From Antedon mediterranea (lineage: Eukaryota; Animalia; Echinodermata), in contig NC_092673.1 of assembly GCF_964355755.1 (NCBI RefSeq), forward strand, positions 22,007,648-22,071,647: a stretch of DNA of 64,000 bases, given 5' to 3'. The notes under the pieces were generated by a model. The model made no database searches. It was not told the DNA's origin and saw nothing but the letters and a program-made list of their open reading frames with translations. Each line of letters begins with the position of its first letter. Positions within the stretch are counted from its first letter, which is position 1. A program made the position numbers and the translations under genes. This document shows positions 11,272-25,381 of this stretch, in pieces.

Positions 11272-14200
11272 CTGTATAAAGAAAGCATAATTATTTGTCA
11301 TATGGAATTAAACACTTGTCATTTTGCATACTAAACTAGAACTGTCATTTTGGGAAGAATATACAGAAAACATGACATGTGAGTCTGGAATAAAATGATT
11401 ACAGTACAAATATTTAAATTTACATGTATTCTTTATAATAAAGATTTGTCTATCCATTCATTCATTTAATGTAGACTTAGTTTATAATCTTGTAATTGAC
11501 GGGGTTTTATTTTATTTTGCGGTCGGAAATTTATTTAGCCATATGCAGCATGGGTGGACCTTCCACAAGAAAAAAGGCGTTGTCTGTATATTCCCTTTAC
11601 AAAATACCCGTGTGAGCATGGTCAGAAAAAGTTTGTAATATCTTAACTGGTCAAAAACATTTCTTGTCAATATATCCAATTTTAGCAAGTAACTCACCAC
11701 TAATTACAGGATAGATACACTTTATTGTGATTATATATTATAAACTTTTATTCAAGGCTTAGAAATTGGAATAGAAAAAAACATGGGTTACCAACCATGT
11801 CATTATGTCAGGATTGAACACTAGACCTTGGAATTGAAAGACAAGCATGTTAACCATAAACTGTAGATGCTGTAAAAGGTTGAACAACAACAATTAACTT
11901 AAATGGCAAAGTGAAATAAATTTGTAAACCACCTGAACCAGTCAATTGAAATTTGTCCTGTCCTGTTCAAAATGTTAAGTATCTTCTTCATACACATACT
12001 TTATGATTCTTTGCAGGAGAAACGGGTCCTTTTGTATCATTCAATCTCAATAAAGTATATTGCTAAGGTAACGTAGATTCATGAGTCGTAAATGCTAAAT
12101 ACAAGATTTATAGCCTAACCTTTGCTGCTGAAGGAGACCTTTAATTTAACACTGCTTGTCACCAGCCTAATTAATACTGACGCCTTATAATTATATTGTT
12201 TAAACTATACTGCAAATTTACAATGACAATAGAATTAAATGACAATATAACTGCCAATTTTGTCAAGTTGACTGCCAAATGAGAAATTATAAATTCATGA
12301 AAATTATACACCACATAATTTATTCAAACCTTAACACAAGTATTATAACTTAACACAATTGAGATCATATTTCTTTCTTTGCATTTCAAACATATGTATG
12401 CAGATTTTAATGGAGAAAAATTAACTTTTACTGTATTATACAAATTCATTTTTTAGCCTACGTGTGTGTATTTTGTTAACATCTAGGATAGAACTATTCA
12501 ATAAATTTAAGATAAAATTATATTTCAATTATTAAATACAAAGTAACTTTAAATAAAGTCCAATATTATTGTAACTCCAAATAGAGGACAGAAAAGAAGC
12601 ATCTTTTTATTTATTTGATCAAAATGGTCTCTTATTTTATCTAAAATTATTAAGTGGATCTGTATACAATGCTTTACATATGTGTGCGACGTTTCAGTGG
12701 ATAGTCTGGTGTAAAACTTAGTGCCATTATACATTGTGACACTCACAAATATTGTTGATTGATTACTAGTTAGGATACAATTAGAATGCCTACGAGATAA
12801 GAAATCGTTTTTGGGTTTACAAAATCGTAAATGAAAGCCTATCTTGAAAACATAACATGCTCGCGGATCAAGGATCCTTTTTTAATGGGGGGAGAGCTAA
12901 AAAATATAATATTATTCTTCCAAAAATAGATACAGCATGTGTCGCTAGCACCATACCCCTGGATCTGTCCCTTATGTGTATTTAAATTGTTATATTTTGA
13001 AAATAGAATCAATCAATCAATCTGTAGTATTATAATGTTGTTATCAATCAGAAGATGTTATTATATGTCATTATATTTTCCTGGTATATGTTGATATATA
13101 ATTTATAGCATTAGCTGAATTAATGCATTTTAAATTCAATTTATTATTCTAAATAAATGTAAAGTTTTCTCCGAACGCTTAATAGAAGCATTTCAGTTTA
13201 TTAGCAAAACGTGTGAAGCTTACATAATACTGTATGATTGTTAAAAATGAAATTATAGTGCTTTTAAAAACTTTGTATCATCAGCATCATGAAGAAAATG
13301 TGATGCTTGTTTAATAATATTGTTAGAAGAACATATAAATACACTCTAGGCAGCAATGTTGACAGCATATCTAGATAAATACACACATACCATGAATACT
13401 ATTGTGTCTGATGGTTGCTTTGATGACTAGCACATACTACTACAGTATTGTAAAGGTTTAAAGATTTCAACAACCCACACAACGTTTTTACAATGACAAA
13501 AGACACACACTTAAAATGAATATAGAATCAAGGGAATAATGTTTTAAATAAATGGCTATAAAAAATAAATGGTTGAGTTGGATTATAAATTAATTTAATT
13601 TTTATTATACACACTTAGACAAAATATCTCTATCTCTATGTATTTCAATCGTTTTATAATTATAAAATTAAAAATAAATAAAATTATGCCCATCAAATGT
13701 TTTAATAACAATCAAAGCCCCATCCAAAATATATGTATGGGTTGCAAATTACATGATAAATATATACATCAGGCCTGAATACATTAGTAGATTGTAAAAA
13801 AATAATTGCTGTCTGGGAAACTGTATGTGATGCAAATTACACATATTATAACAATAAAGCATTATATCCTAATTTTGTATAAAATTTTGAAAAGCTATTA
13901 ATAATTTAAAAAATGTTATTGTACAAATATCCAAATTTATCAAAAACTATATTCTGTACAGTATATACAGTACATACAATTAGAATAAACATAAAATTTA
14001 AAGTATGTTTATAACAGAATGTATTTTAGTTCAATCCAATCTAAATACCAATTCTCAAGTTATCAAGTAAAATCATAGTCCTAATGACGATCATACAGTA
14101 GGTCATAGTAAGTTCAAGCATAATCTATATTTTTCTACATTTCAAGAATGAACAGTAATGGCTCAATCTCAATAGACATTTAAATAGATATGGGAATTGT

Positions 14201-14870
14201 ACATTAAAGAGAGAAATGCAAAGCCTCCTGAAGAAAAAAAAATGTTGTATGACCTGCAGGCCTTTGTTTTGATAACATGACCATTTAAAACGTTACATGC
14301 ATAGTAAAGTATATTGACGAGGATATGAAATCAATGTACTACAGATATGTCCAAAACAGGTGCATGGTGGAATCTCCCTCATGATGGATGATAAGTGAAG
14401 AGCCTTCATAACATACATCACTCTGACTGAAGATGATGACTCAATAAAATAATCCTTTATATTTGCTGTATGATGATGTATGTGTCAATTTATCCTCAAT
14501 ATGTATTCAATTTACATTGAACAGTGAAATGGTCCAATTTGTAGGTAATTTACACTCCAAGCAGAGGGTCTACATTTCTGCTTGCTTGTTTTTCCCCCCC
14601 TCTATATTTTACTTGGTATCAGTTGGCATATTAGATTGGAAAACCTTTGTCCTTAACAGAATCTGTAATAAGTACTTTTGTTTAAATGGTAATGAAGTTA
14701 ATTAACGCAAGGCTGTTTTGAATACCAATAACATTTTTCTGATTATTTCACTTCTGCTGGAAAAAATTTGGAGGTAATTTATTACATTAAAACACTATTT
14801 AATAGTTTATTTGCTTGCAGAAACATGTCTGTAGCCTTTGTACCTGTATAATTACAAATCCAAATGTCTT

Positions 14871-17800
14871 ACTAGACATGTAACTCGTCACTTTGACGAG
14901 TTTGGTTATCCGCCGCGCAAGTGGTGCAACATTAACATTAAGGGGATAGGTTGAGGACAAAAGGAAGTGTTCACGTTGGCATTATGACCTGAACTGAAGA
15001 ATATGATATGTTGTTATTGCTGAATTTTATTATTTAAATTCATATATAGTATACACAGTATAATCTGTATCCATATCACATACAGTGACATACATAGAAT
15101 AGGTGAAATTACGGGACCCGCTATTTATTGCAATTTTTAACATGTTGACGGTTTTAAAATGAAACGCGAAGGTAGCAATTCCGAAAGGAAATTATCTCAG
15201 CAACAACGTATTACCGTGTAGAAGAAATTTGAATACGTGAAATATTGATGCGCGCTCGTTTAAATGTAATGAATTATGACGCAAAAGATGAAAATACGAC
15301 CTTTTTTATTTAACTGGCCATATGATGACGTCACAACATCCGATTGGCAACATTTTTACATAATTTCGTATCTACAATCCAATAGCTTCCAGAAAAAGTT
15401 TTAATCGTGATTATCACATTTTATTCTTATGAGCTATAACAGATTAAAATTTACTGTAAAGATGAAATTGATGCCACACGTGATTTAAATTTTTAGGCAT
15501 GATGACGTCCAAAAAATTAAAATATTTTTAACTCATGCGAAAGATAGTTGATTATACCTAGACAATATCAAAATCGGGGTGAAAATGGAAAACGAATAAG
15601 TAGAGATGCGCTCTATTCAATGTGATGAGCTATGACGAAAGATACAAAAATCCTAAATTTTATATTCGCGTGGCCATACGATGACGTCACAATGTCCGGT
15701 TAGCCATATTAATACCTGATCCGATACCTACAACTCATCTACTTCCAGAATATGTCATCCACAAAAAGTTGACCGTCTAGTTTAGAAATTACGACTGTTT
15801 AAAAAAAGTCATATTTTAAACGAATTTTTTAACCTTTTCATAAAAAACGCGCGCAAATTGTCCAATTCGACGTGCTCGTATGACGTATCTTTAAGTCGAA
15901 ATTGTTTAAAATTTGGTAAAATTACTAGAAAAGGCAGGAAAAACATAAATCACGCGAAAAAAATACGTTTTCAATGCTACGTGCGCACCGCACACGTAAA
16001 AATGTGCGCACGCGTGGGAATTTTTGACATGCTTAAAACGACATGAAACGCGTAGAAAGTTGATTATAAATTAATTTTGCGCATTTTGAAATTTTAAATG
16101 CGCGTGCGCGCGTAACTTTGTGTAAAACACGCAATTTTTTTTCAACAGAAAGTTAGCGCATGAAATAAATTAAACTTTTGCAAAGTTTCACTTTAAAATG
16201 TTATTTGGTTTTCGACATATGTTAAATACGAGAAAATCGTTAAATCGCGCGTACGTCACGTTGCGCAATTGTAAACATCATGAAAAGCTTCGCTTGACAA
16301 CGTTACATAAATGTCAAAATGTTAACATAGTTAACAAAATGTTATGTTTGCAAGTTTTAGAGAAAAGCGTTACACAAAAATCATACAGAAAGAAAGAAGA
16401 CTAGACATGTAACTCGTCACTTTGACGAGTTTGGTTATCCGCCGCGCAAGTGGTGCAACATTAACATTAAGGGGATAGGTTGAGGACAAAAGGAAGTGTT
16501 CACGTTGGCATTATGACCTGAACTGAAGAATATGATATGTTGTTATTGCTGAATTTTATTATTTAAATTCATATATAGTATACACAGTATAATCTGTATC
16601 CATATCACATACAGTGTAGAATAGGTGAAATTACGGGACCCGCTATTTATTGCAATTTTTTAACATGTTGACGGTTTTAAAATGAAACGCGAAGGTAGCA
16701 ATTCCGAAAGGAAATTATCTCAGCAACAACGTATTAGCGTGTAGAAGAAATTTGAATACGTGAAATATTGATGCGCGCTCTTTTAAATGTAATGAATTAT
16801 GACGCAAAAGATGAAAATACGACCTTTTTTATTTAACTGGCCATATGATGACGTCACAACATCCGATTGGCAAAATTTTTACATAATTTCGTATCTACAA
16901 TCCAATAGCTTCCAGACAAAGTTTTAATCGTGATTATCACATTTTATTCTTACGAGCTATAACAGATTAGAATTTACTGTAAAGATGAAATTAATGCCAC
17001 ACGTGATTTAAATTTTTAGGCACGATGACGTCAAAAAAATTAAAATATTTTTAACTCATGCGAAAGATACTTGATTGACCTAGACAATATCAAAATCGGG
17101 GTGAAAATGGAAAACGGATAAGTGGAGATGCGCTCTATTCAATGTGATGAGCTATGACGAAAGATACAAAAATCCTAAATTTTATGTTCGCGTGGCCATA
17201 CGATGACGTCATAATGTCCGGTTACCCATATTAATACCTGATCCGATATCTACAACTCATCTACTTCCAGAATATGTCATCCACAAAAATTTGACCGTCT
17301 AGTTTAGAAATTACGACTGTTTAAAAAAAGGCATATTTTAAACGAATTTTTTAACCTTTTCATAAAAAACGCGCGCAAATTGTCCAATTCGACGTGCTCG
17401 TATGACGTATCTTTAAGTCGAAATTGTTTAAAATTTGGTAAAATTACTAGAAAAGGCTGAAAAAACATAAATCACGCGAAAAAAATACGTTTTCAATGCT
17501 ACGTGCGCACCGTACACGTAAAAATGTGCGCACGCGTGGGAATTTTTGACATGCTCAAAACGACATGAAACGCGTAGAAAGTTGATTAGAAATTAATTTT
17601 GCGCATTTTGAAATTTTAAATGCGCGTGCGCGCGTAACTTTGTGTAAAACACGCAATTTTTTTTCAACAGACAGTTAGCGCATGATATAAATTAAACTTT
17701 TGCAAAGTTTCATTTTAAAATGTTGTTTGGTTTTCGACATATGTTAAATACGAGAAAATCGTTAAATCGCGCGTACGTCGCGTTGCGCAATTGTAAACAT

Positions 17801-18062
17801 CATGAAAAGCTTCGCTTGACGACGTTACGTGAATGTCAAAATGTTAACATAGTTAACAAAATGTTATGTTTGCAAGTTTTAGAGAAAAGCGTTACACAAA
17901 AATCATACAGAAAGAAAGAAGATGAAAAAAAAGATGATTTCGTACAATCACAAGAGGTTATCCTGCAACTTCGTTGCGGATAACCAATTAAGAAAAAGAT
18001 GTTGATGATGATTTCGTACAATCACAAGAGGTTATCCTGCAACTTCGTTGCGGATAACCAAA
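14871..18062 (-). mobile_element. Non-autonomous Helentron/Helitron2 (HINE/DINE-like), outer copy interrupted by an inner copy
   Basis: Minus-strand 5' end is TT-GGTTATCCGC AACGAAGTT GCAGGATAACC (subTIR plus hairpin). The 3' end is GCGGATAACC (subTIR), stem-loop CTCGTCA-AAG-TGACGAG, then ...CTAGT. No TSD and no Rep/Hel ORF. Confidence 0.8.
16400..17988 (-). mobile_element. Inner, complete copy of the same non-autonomous Helentron (~1.59 kb)
   Basis: Near-identical to 14871-16399 (scattered substitutions, one 7-nt indel) and carries both termini. Sits in the GAA/GAT-rich tract of the outer copy. Confidence 0.85.
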
Positions 18063-19101
18063 AACAGAAAAACCTTGCAGAAACAAACTAACTATATCAA
18101 ACAACACAACATTTCTTTGTACAATTTGATATTTTGTACCTGAATGTAGACATACAGTACAGTATTGGCAGTCAATAATTGGATACACTATTACAAATTA
18201 AGATTAACTTTAAATTACCAACCTTAAAACCATGTGCAAATCCATAAAGCATGACTAAAGAATCTATAATCAATGAAAAAAAATAATTTCCAAAATCCAT
18301 TGAAAAAAAATACCAATAAAATGCAGAGAGGTGACTGCATAAAAAGTTACTGAGCACATAAATAAACCAACAAACCACAGGGGAATGAATTGAAATTGTA
18401 AGTGTCAAACCAATGACCTCTACATCAGGTCAGATGGGATTGAGGTCAAATAAAATTCTGAAAACAGGTACAATTTCATATGAATAATATAAACTTTCAG
18501 TGACCTTTGAATAGAATTTTTCAAATATAAATTACGTGTGATTTAAAAATAATTACCTACATATAGGCCAAATAAAAGGCAAATTTTAGTTTCACATTCA
18601 ACTCTCTCATCAAAATTTTGGAGCTGCATAACTTTTTCTTTTACCCTGCCTGAATTAGAATTTGTTATCTTTGGGGATGTTGTAGTCATTTTTGTATTGA
18701 CTTGTTTCGACTGTAAAATGTAAGTCCACACATCTTCTTTAATTTTTGCTATTATCTTTGTAAATTATTTCCCTTTCAATCTCTTTCCCCCCCCCCCCCC
18801 CCGCCCCTCTTTCCCTAAATTGTGATGTTATTCCTTATAATCCACATTTGTAAAAAGCTTACAGAATTTCAAAACATACGGTATTATTTATTGGCAGCAG
18901 AGGGTACACAAAATATGGTAGAAATTTATATCGTATTTTATCCACAAATTTGGTGGCAGAAAATATGCTGTATTTTATATGGTAGATTTTTTGCATTCAA
19001 TTTCATATTATATCATTTTTATGCTTACAAAAATATACTGTAATACTGTACAAGTACATAATTATACTGTATTTAGAAAATACATTAAAAATAATTATAT
19101 A

Positions 19102-19411
19102 CAGTATTTATTTGGCAACAGAAACCGGTCCTATAGACACCACACATTCCATAGTAACATAATGTACCCTATGGGACATATATACCACATGCCAGTGGTC
19201 ATTGTTTTGCTATAAAGACATCAGATCTATGGATGATGTTGACAGGTATTGTACTGTATATATACTGTATTTATATATAGTATTTATTTGGCAGCAGAAA
19301 TAGTCCTATAGACACCACACATTCCATAGTAAACATAAAGTACCCTTTGGGACATACCAGTGGTCATTGTTTTGCTATAAAGACATCTGATCTGTGGATG
19401 ATGTTGACAGG
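19102..19411. repeat. Imperfect tandem duplication, period ~177 bp
   Basis: TATTTATTTGGCA.CAGAAA...GTCCTATAGACACCACACATTCCATAGTAA...CCAGTGGTCATTGTTTTGCTATAAAGACATC...GATGATGTTGACAGG is present twice. Confidence 0.9.
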
Positions 19412-19534
19412 CGTAATTAACACATTCCTTAAAAACACTATTGGGTATAGCCACAACTCAATTATTTGACATCTAAAATTAATAGATGACTTAAAACATT
19501 CTTAATCAAAGTTACCGGTAATGCAATATATATA

Positions 19535-19678
19535 AATCTAAATTTACTTTATACCAATTTGACTGAACTTGACTTTTCAAAATATATCAATCTAAATTTA
19601 CTTTATACCAATTTGACTGAACTTGACTTTTCAAAATATATCAATCTAAATTTAGTTTATACAAATTTGACTGAACTT
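19535..19678. repeat. ~54-bp tandem repeat, about 2.7 copies
   Basis: AATCTAAATTTACTTTATACCAATTTGACTGAACTTGACTTTTCAAAATATATC repeated. Confidence 0.9.
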
Positions 19679-22600
19679 TGCAATTTTGGGACATTTTTCA
19701 TATATATATTGGATTTATAGAATTACAAAGGTTTGGTTATACAGAACAATTATTTGTTAATTTCTATCTTAATAACAACAGTTAAATCACAATTCAATAT
19801 AGTGATGCATGTCTTCTGATTTAAGCTCATACCTTTATCTAGTTTGGTGGCAAAAACAATTGGCTAAACTCCGCTCTTCGAGGAGAAAGGGCTATTGTCG
19901 GTTTATCCAGGTAAGCTATAGGCACAAAATAGACTACATTTTATATACTGTCAGTGCCCTGATGTACACCAAATATAATTATCATTATCTACTAAATGTG
20001 TGATTTTGTTTGTATTCTTTATGTATTACTACATACTTTACACATTTTCAATTAGCACATCGGAAGTAGTTGACTATTGTAGCACATCAAGAGAGTCGTT
20101 TACGATACAGAAGGGAATTGAAGCAACAAATTGAAAGTAGAATATCAGTGATGCTTCCCTCTGTCAGCTTTCACTTTTCAAAAAAAAAAAAAAACTACCA
20201 AAAATTATTAAAAACATTTTGTTTTTCAAGATACTTTTACGTTTATAACTTGTCACCGTTGACACATACTGAGGTCAGAACACTTGATGAATCTTCCTTC
20301 AATTTCGATAGAAAAGTTAATGAATATTTTCAAGCGGTTTACCGGTAAATATAAAAATTGCGAATACTTTAAAAAGTTTTTGGAAGTGTGATAAAATTGC
20401 TGGATAGGTTAATAACCAGACCATGTTTGGACTTAGGTTTGTTTCAAATAGAGTGACAAAGCAAAAGAAAATTCACCTGTCTACGTGCCGTTAATTTCCT
20501 TTGCAATGTCATGGCTTTAAGCGCAATCAATCTTGTCTTTTAATTTTCTATGTGTATATTTTGTGTACTCATTGTCAATTATCATTAATCTTCAGAGTGT
20601 AAATGGCAACTGATTCAATGTAGGAAATGCTATGGTCTTTGTTTATGTTTCTGAAATTAATTGCCGATACTTGAGCATGTTTGTTAGTATACCTTTATGT
20701 GGTCCAATAATTAACTACTGAAGTATTCAAAATACTTCACAGTACAAACAATTCCTATTAAATAAGTTACTTATAATTTATAGTTGCATTTTCTCAAATG
20801 AAATCTGTATTTTACATGGTTTAATATATTTTCATTTCTTGGTACATACATATACGTACTTTTTACTTCATCTTTCAACCTATATTTCTTTGTATTTCTT
20901 GGATCTTATATTTTTTAATATTGTGCAACTTCAATTAAAAAAATGTTTGCTTTGAATTTGAAAAGTAAATATTCGTACACATTTTCCATCAAATTGAATG
21001 AACCAAAACACTTGGCTTTTGCATATGACTTCAGCTTGTATAAATTGTATCAGACAATTGTTTTCAATGACAATGATGACCATTTGCCTTTTGAAACACA
21101 GGTAATGGGAAAAATCCCCAGAACAAAATTCGGCCCATCATCAAACAAGGAAGTTCATCTTTCATTTTTGTTTTTATTTCAAAGATTGATGGTGAAAATA
21201 AAAATCTGGTGAAAAAAAAAATCTATTGAAAATCTCTGATGTTACAAAACATGACTTTCCATATTGCAACAAGGTGTGGACTAGCTAGGCTGTTATGACC
21301 TGCCGACCTTGATGCAGCATTTGTGAATGTGATTTTGTCAAAATCCCACACATACATTTGAGAAGTACTACAGTAAAAGAGAACCACATAATGTATTTCT
21401 TCTAGCCACCAAGCATCTTTCCCAAATATAACTATAGCAATACCGTACTATATAACTATAGATCAATGCCTCTTTACTGAAGGTTCTGCCATGTTTTCCA
21501 TCTAGCATACAAGTCCTATAGTTTTATTGCCTATTATTGTAGGTATCGTAACAGGTGTTCATTCAAAGTCATAATAAAAGCATTTGTTTGATACAGGTAA
21601 CATGAGCCTAAAGCAGTAAATTCATAGTTGACATATATAACAATAAAAAAAGTTATTACTAAAGGTCTGAGCACAAACAATCATATTTACGCAGTATATA
21701 AATAAATAGGGTGCAAATTTATGAAATAAAGGTGAAAATGAATGCCTATAATATAACCCTTTGATATTATAGACTATACAGCAGAGAAAACGTTATGGCT
21801 GATGTTGGAAAGAGATGCACATTTTAATAAAACATTAATAATGTAAATATTTCTTAATTTAAAATAAATGATAGTGTAGGATAGTTGCTAAATTGCCGAC
21901 AAGGTGGGGGAGTTTATATAGAGGAAATCAATTAAATTCAGATAAACAACTAGCAACACTAATGTTAGATTGTGTGAATTCAGAAACTTTGGAATGCAAA
22001 CTTTTTTTTCCAAAATTAAATTATAAATGATAAATACAAGAGGAACAACATGACACGTAAGGTCATGGGAATAAACAATGAAAGCATAAAATGATGTTTA
22101 GCACTGCAGTTGTTTCCTATTTTGCCATAGCAGTAGGGTCTGTCTTCGCTTATTACAAGGCATGCATGGAGTGAAATAGTTATTCTATGCACTTCCTTAA
22201 GTTTACAGGTAGCACAAAGAATTAGTCTGTTTTTAGAGTGTTTTTGGCGTCAGTTTAAAAACAAAAATCACTCTTTTTACACCCGACAAACTTCTTAAAT
22301 ACCTGATACCAGTAAGTACCTGAACTATAATTCGCTAAACAGGTTTTTTATTAATTGACAGTAACAATTATTATAGTTTCCTTCATTGAAGTTACATTTA
22401 AAAAACAGAATGAAATTGTACACAAAATTATTCTGTTTTCTGGTTTTAATAATAGTTAATATACTTTTTGAAATTAGGTAATTTAATACCAATTTTCCAT
22501 TCCAAAGGTTCTTTTATAAATTCTCTTTTATTCTCTGTGGTTTTAAAGTCAATGAATGACAAAAACTTTTATATACCCTAGTTCCTGCATAGAGGTCAAC

Positions 22601-24674
22601 TTGGATGCCAAATTTATGGATAATGTAACATTATTAGCATAGAATGGTAAAAAAAAATTTGCTTGTTATATTTTGAAAACTGACAGTGTATCCTGCCAGT
22701 GATTCTCCATCTTTTACATTGACCTTTATAAAAATATGCAATATTTTGAAATACTGTAGGCCTATGTTCTAATATTCATGCGTACTTGAAATTAAACTAT
22801 CCGTTTTCAAAGGCCTCTGTCAAAAAGCAGTCTGGTTGAAACCTATGGTTGGCTCTACAGTACAAAATTGAAGACTGTAGTACACTTGCATGGCGAGACT
22901 CCTCAAAGAAGCTCTTTAAAAATCGTACTATGAATTGAATTTTGAACACAATGTATTAAGAAGACCAAGAGGATCTTCATGAAAAACTATCTACATAGAT
23001 CATAGAGTTAAAAAAGAAATTGTCCTGTCGGTAACAGAGTAAAAAGACAGAAAAGTGGAAAGCATCATCAGATAACGAGAGGAGTCACTGATGATGGATG
23101 ATGAAATACACCTTTTCTAATGCAGTGTACAGTATATAGTTTGAAACGTATGTGGCTTGGGCCGGTCAATAATTTGCATTGTACATTTCATGTACTGAAA
23201 ACTCAAGATGTCATTTCAAATTTAAACTTGCCCTCAGGAAGGTGTATTCTGAGAAAGTTGTTGGATTCTTTAGATCTCAGAATACTTGTTGGCCTCTGCT
23301 GTGCCCATATCATATGACTGGTTTATACCATAACAGCATACCCAGTGGTACCTAGTGTAAACAAATCATCACTACTCAGACAACATCATGCTGGTACTAA
23401 ACCACTGATAAATAAAAGGTTATTTTTCAGAAAGATAAAATTCAACTAATTATAGTACGTCTAAACCACAATTAGCTGAAATATTCTATATTTAGTTAAA
23501 AAACAAACACAATTATATGACATCACCATGTAAATTTACAGAATAAATAAGACAATTTACTACTCTACAACAATACCTTTACAATGATAAATAATACACT
23601 TATAAATTAGTGTATTCATCGTTTTTAAACAAAGATATTATTTATTTTATAGATCAAAAGCAGTCGAAAATGAATAACTTCCCATAAAGAAGTTCATTCT
23701 ACCTTGTTAGACAAAATATAGCACTGTTATCCATGCTCACCTGTTACCAATTATAAAACCATTTGTAGTGAAACTTACATAAAAATGTCAAACCAAATTC
23801 AGCAATAAAACATTTCAACAGCCAGCAGAAAGTAAATCTATTGTGCACCTAAATTCCTACATGTGTAAAATCCACAGTACCAACAATATTCACAATGGTC
23901 AACAGCAAATACAATCAAAACTTTCCCTAATAGACGAAGAGACAAAATCCCATGTCACTATGTGGCTGTGAAGTAAGAGACTGCAAAAGCAAATTCAACT
24001 TGGTTTATAATAAGAGAATCTAATCGACCAATCAGTAAGCAGTATAAACCACTGTGTGTTGCACAGACACAGTGTGAGACTTGCTCAACACAGCATTCAG
24101 ACTGTAATCTATGCTAGGTGAATATGAATTCACAGCACGACATTATAATATTTTGGGGCCAGTTTATGGAAAATATAATAAAAGTTTCACCAAGGTCAAG
24201 ACATAAATCAAGAGATTATTATTACGAACTTACAAGTCACATGTCTCAAAGTGCAGGCATCTATAAAGTTGTCTAGTACAAGCAATTCTAAAAGTTCAAA
24301 TATGTTTATTAATGTCATCCTTTCAATCATTAATAAAGTAAACATTCAACATTAAAATTCCCAGTAAGTAAATAACATTTTTTTTATTGTGAATAACCAT
24401 GTCAATATACACTAACAATAATTATTTAGAAATGTTACAACGTTTTTTAACTGTACTACAAACTACATACATAAAACACACACTACTAATTATTTTTAAT
24501 TTATGTAAATTAATCTTTTGTTTAACATCTGCCAGCATTTCTTTAATACTGGCACTTTATGAATTAAAAGCAGATTAATTTAAAGCATTTGAATATTCAG
24601 ACACATTTTGAAATAATAATCACAAAGTGATGACAACATATTTTTGTTAAATCATTTTTTAATGGTTAACTGCA

Positions 24675-24910
24675 TACGAGTGGCTGAGCGGTTAAGACAG
24701 TGGAACCGTAATTACATAGCCATAACATCGGCAAGGGTTGAGCCTCATTTGCTACATGGTTCTGGTGGTTTAAAGAACCTAGTACATCTTTCAAGACAAG
24801 TAAGGGGTTTGCCGGTGTACTACTAGTACATCACAGAAATTGATCATAACTAGAGGCCGTCTGGGAGACCAATCCTTGACTGAACACGCCCAGTATAAAT
24901 AAATAATAAC
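24675..24910 (+). mobile_element. tRNA-derived SINE (same family as 46630-46915), internally deleted
   Basis: GAGTGGCTGAGCGGTTAAGACAGTGGAACCGTAAT...CATGGTTCTGGTGGT joins directly to AAGAACCTAGTACATCTTTC...CTGGGAGACCA...CCCAGTATAAATAAATAATAA. It aligns to the reverse complement of the 46.7-kb copy minus its central core. Confidence 0.85.
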
Positions 24911-25255
24911 GAACAAACAAACCCATCCACCATGAACATAAATAAAATAGGATATGTATGGGTGCAAGCCTCAGAATAGGTACATTGAAGAAGTTCAAAA
25001 CAATTTGTCAATGGCCATGTCCCATACTGTATGTAGTCAATAACTAATAAAACCAAATGGCGATTACTCCAAGAATAAATGAAATCAATACCAAGTTCTA
25101 AATGCATCAGTTTAGTAACTTAATATTTTAAATCTAAATAGACCCCCAGAAAGGAAACCACTATAATATAGTCATTAATAATAGTTTGACATAATGAGAC
25201 GGTAAGAATACACATATAGGAACCTGTTTCTGCTAATTGGAGGATACTTCAAAAT

Positions 25256-25381
25256 ACAGTGGTACCCCTAATTATTAAGACTTCAAGATCCAGAAAAATG
25301 TCCCCTTAATAGGGGTATTCCCTGAAACATATATTGTCCTTTGTTCATCTTTGGGTTACCCAAAAGAGTGATTCTACTGTA
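25256..25381. mobile_element. Small degenerate Tc1/mariner-like MITE
   Basis: Ends TA-CAGTGGTACC ... GATTCTACTG-TA (imperfect TIR, TA flanks). Confidence 0.45.

Noticed and set aside
15858-18188. Short ORFs within the 1.5-kb repeat (including the duplicated MLFGFRHMLN... ORFs)
   Set aside because: Lie in a non-autonomous Helentron with no Rep/helicase motifs; duplication explains their recurrence.
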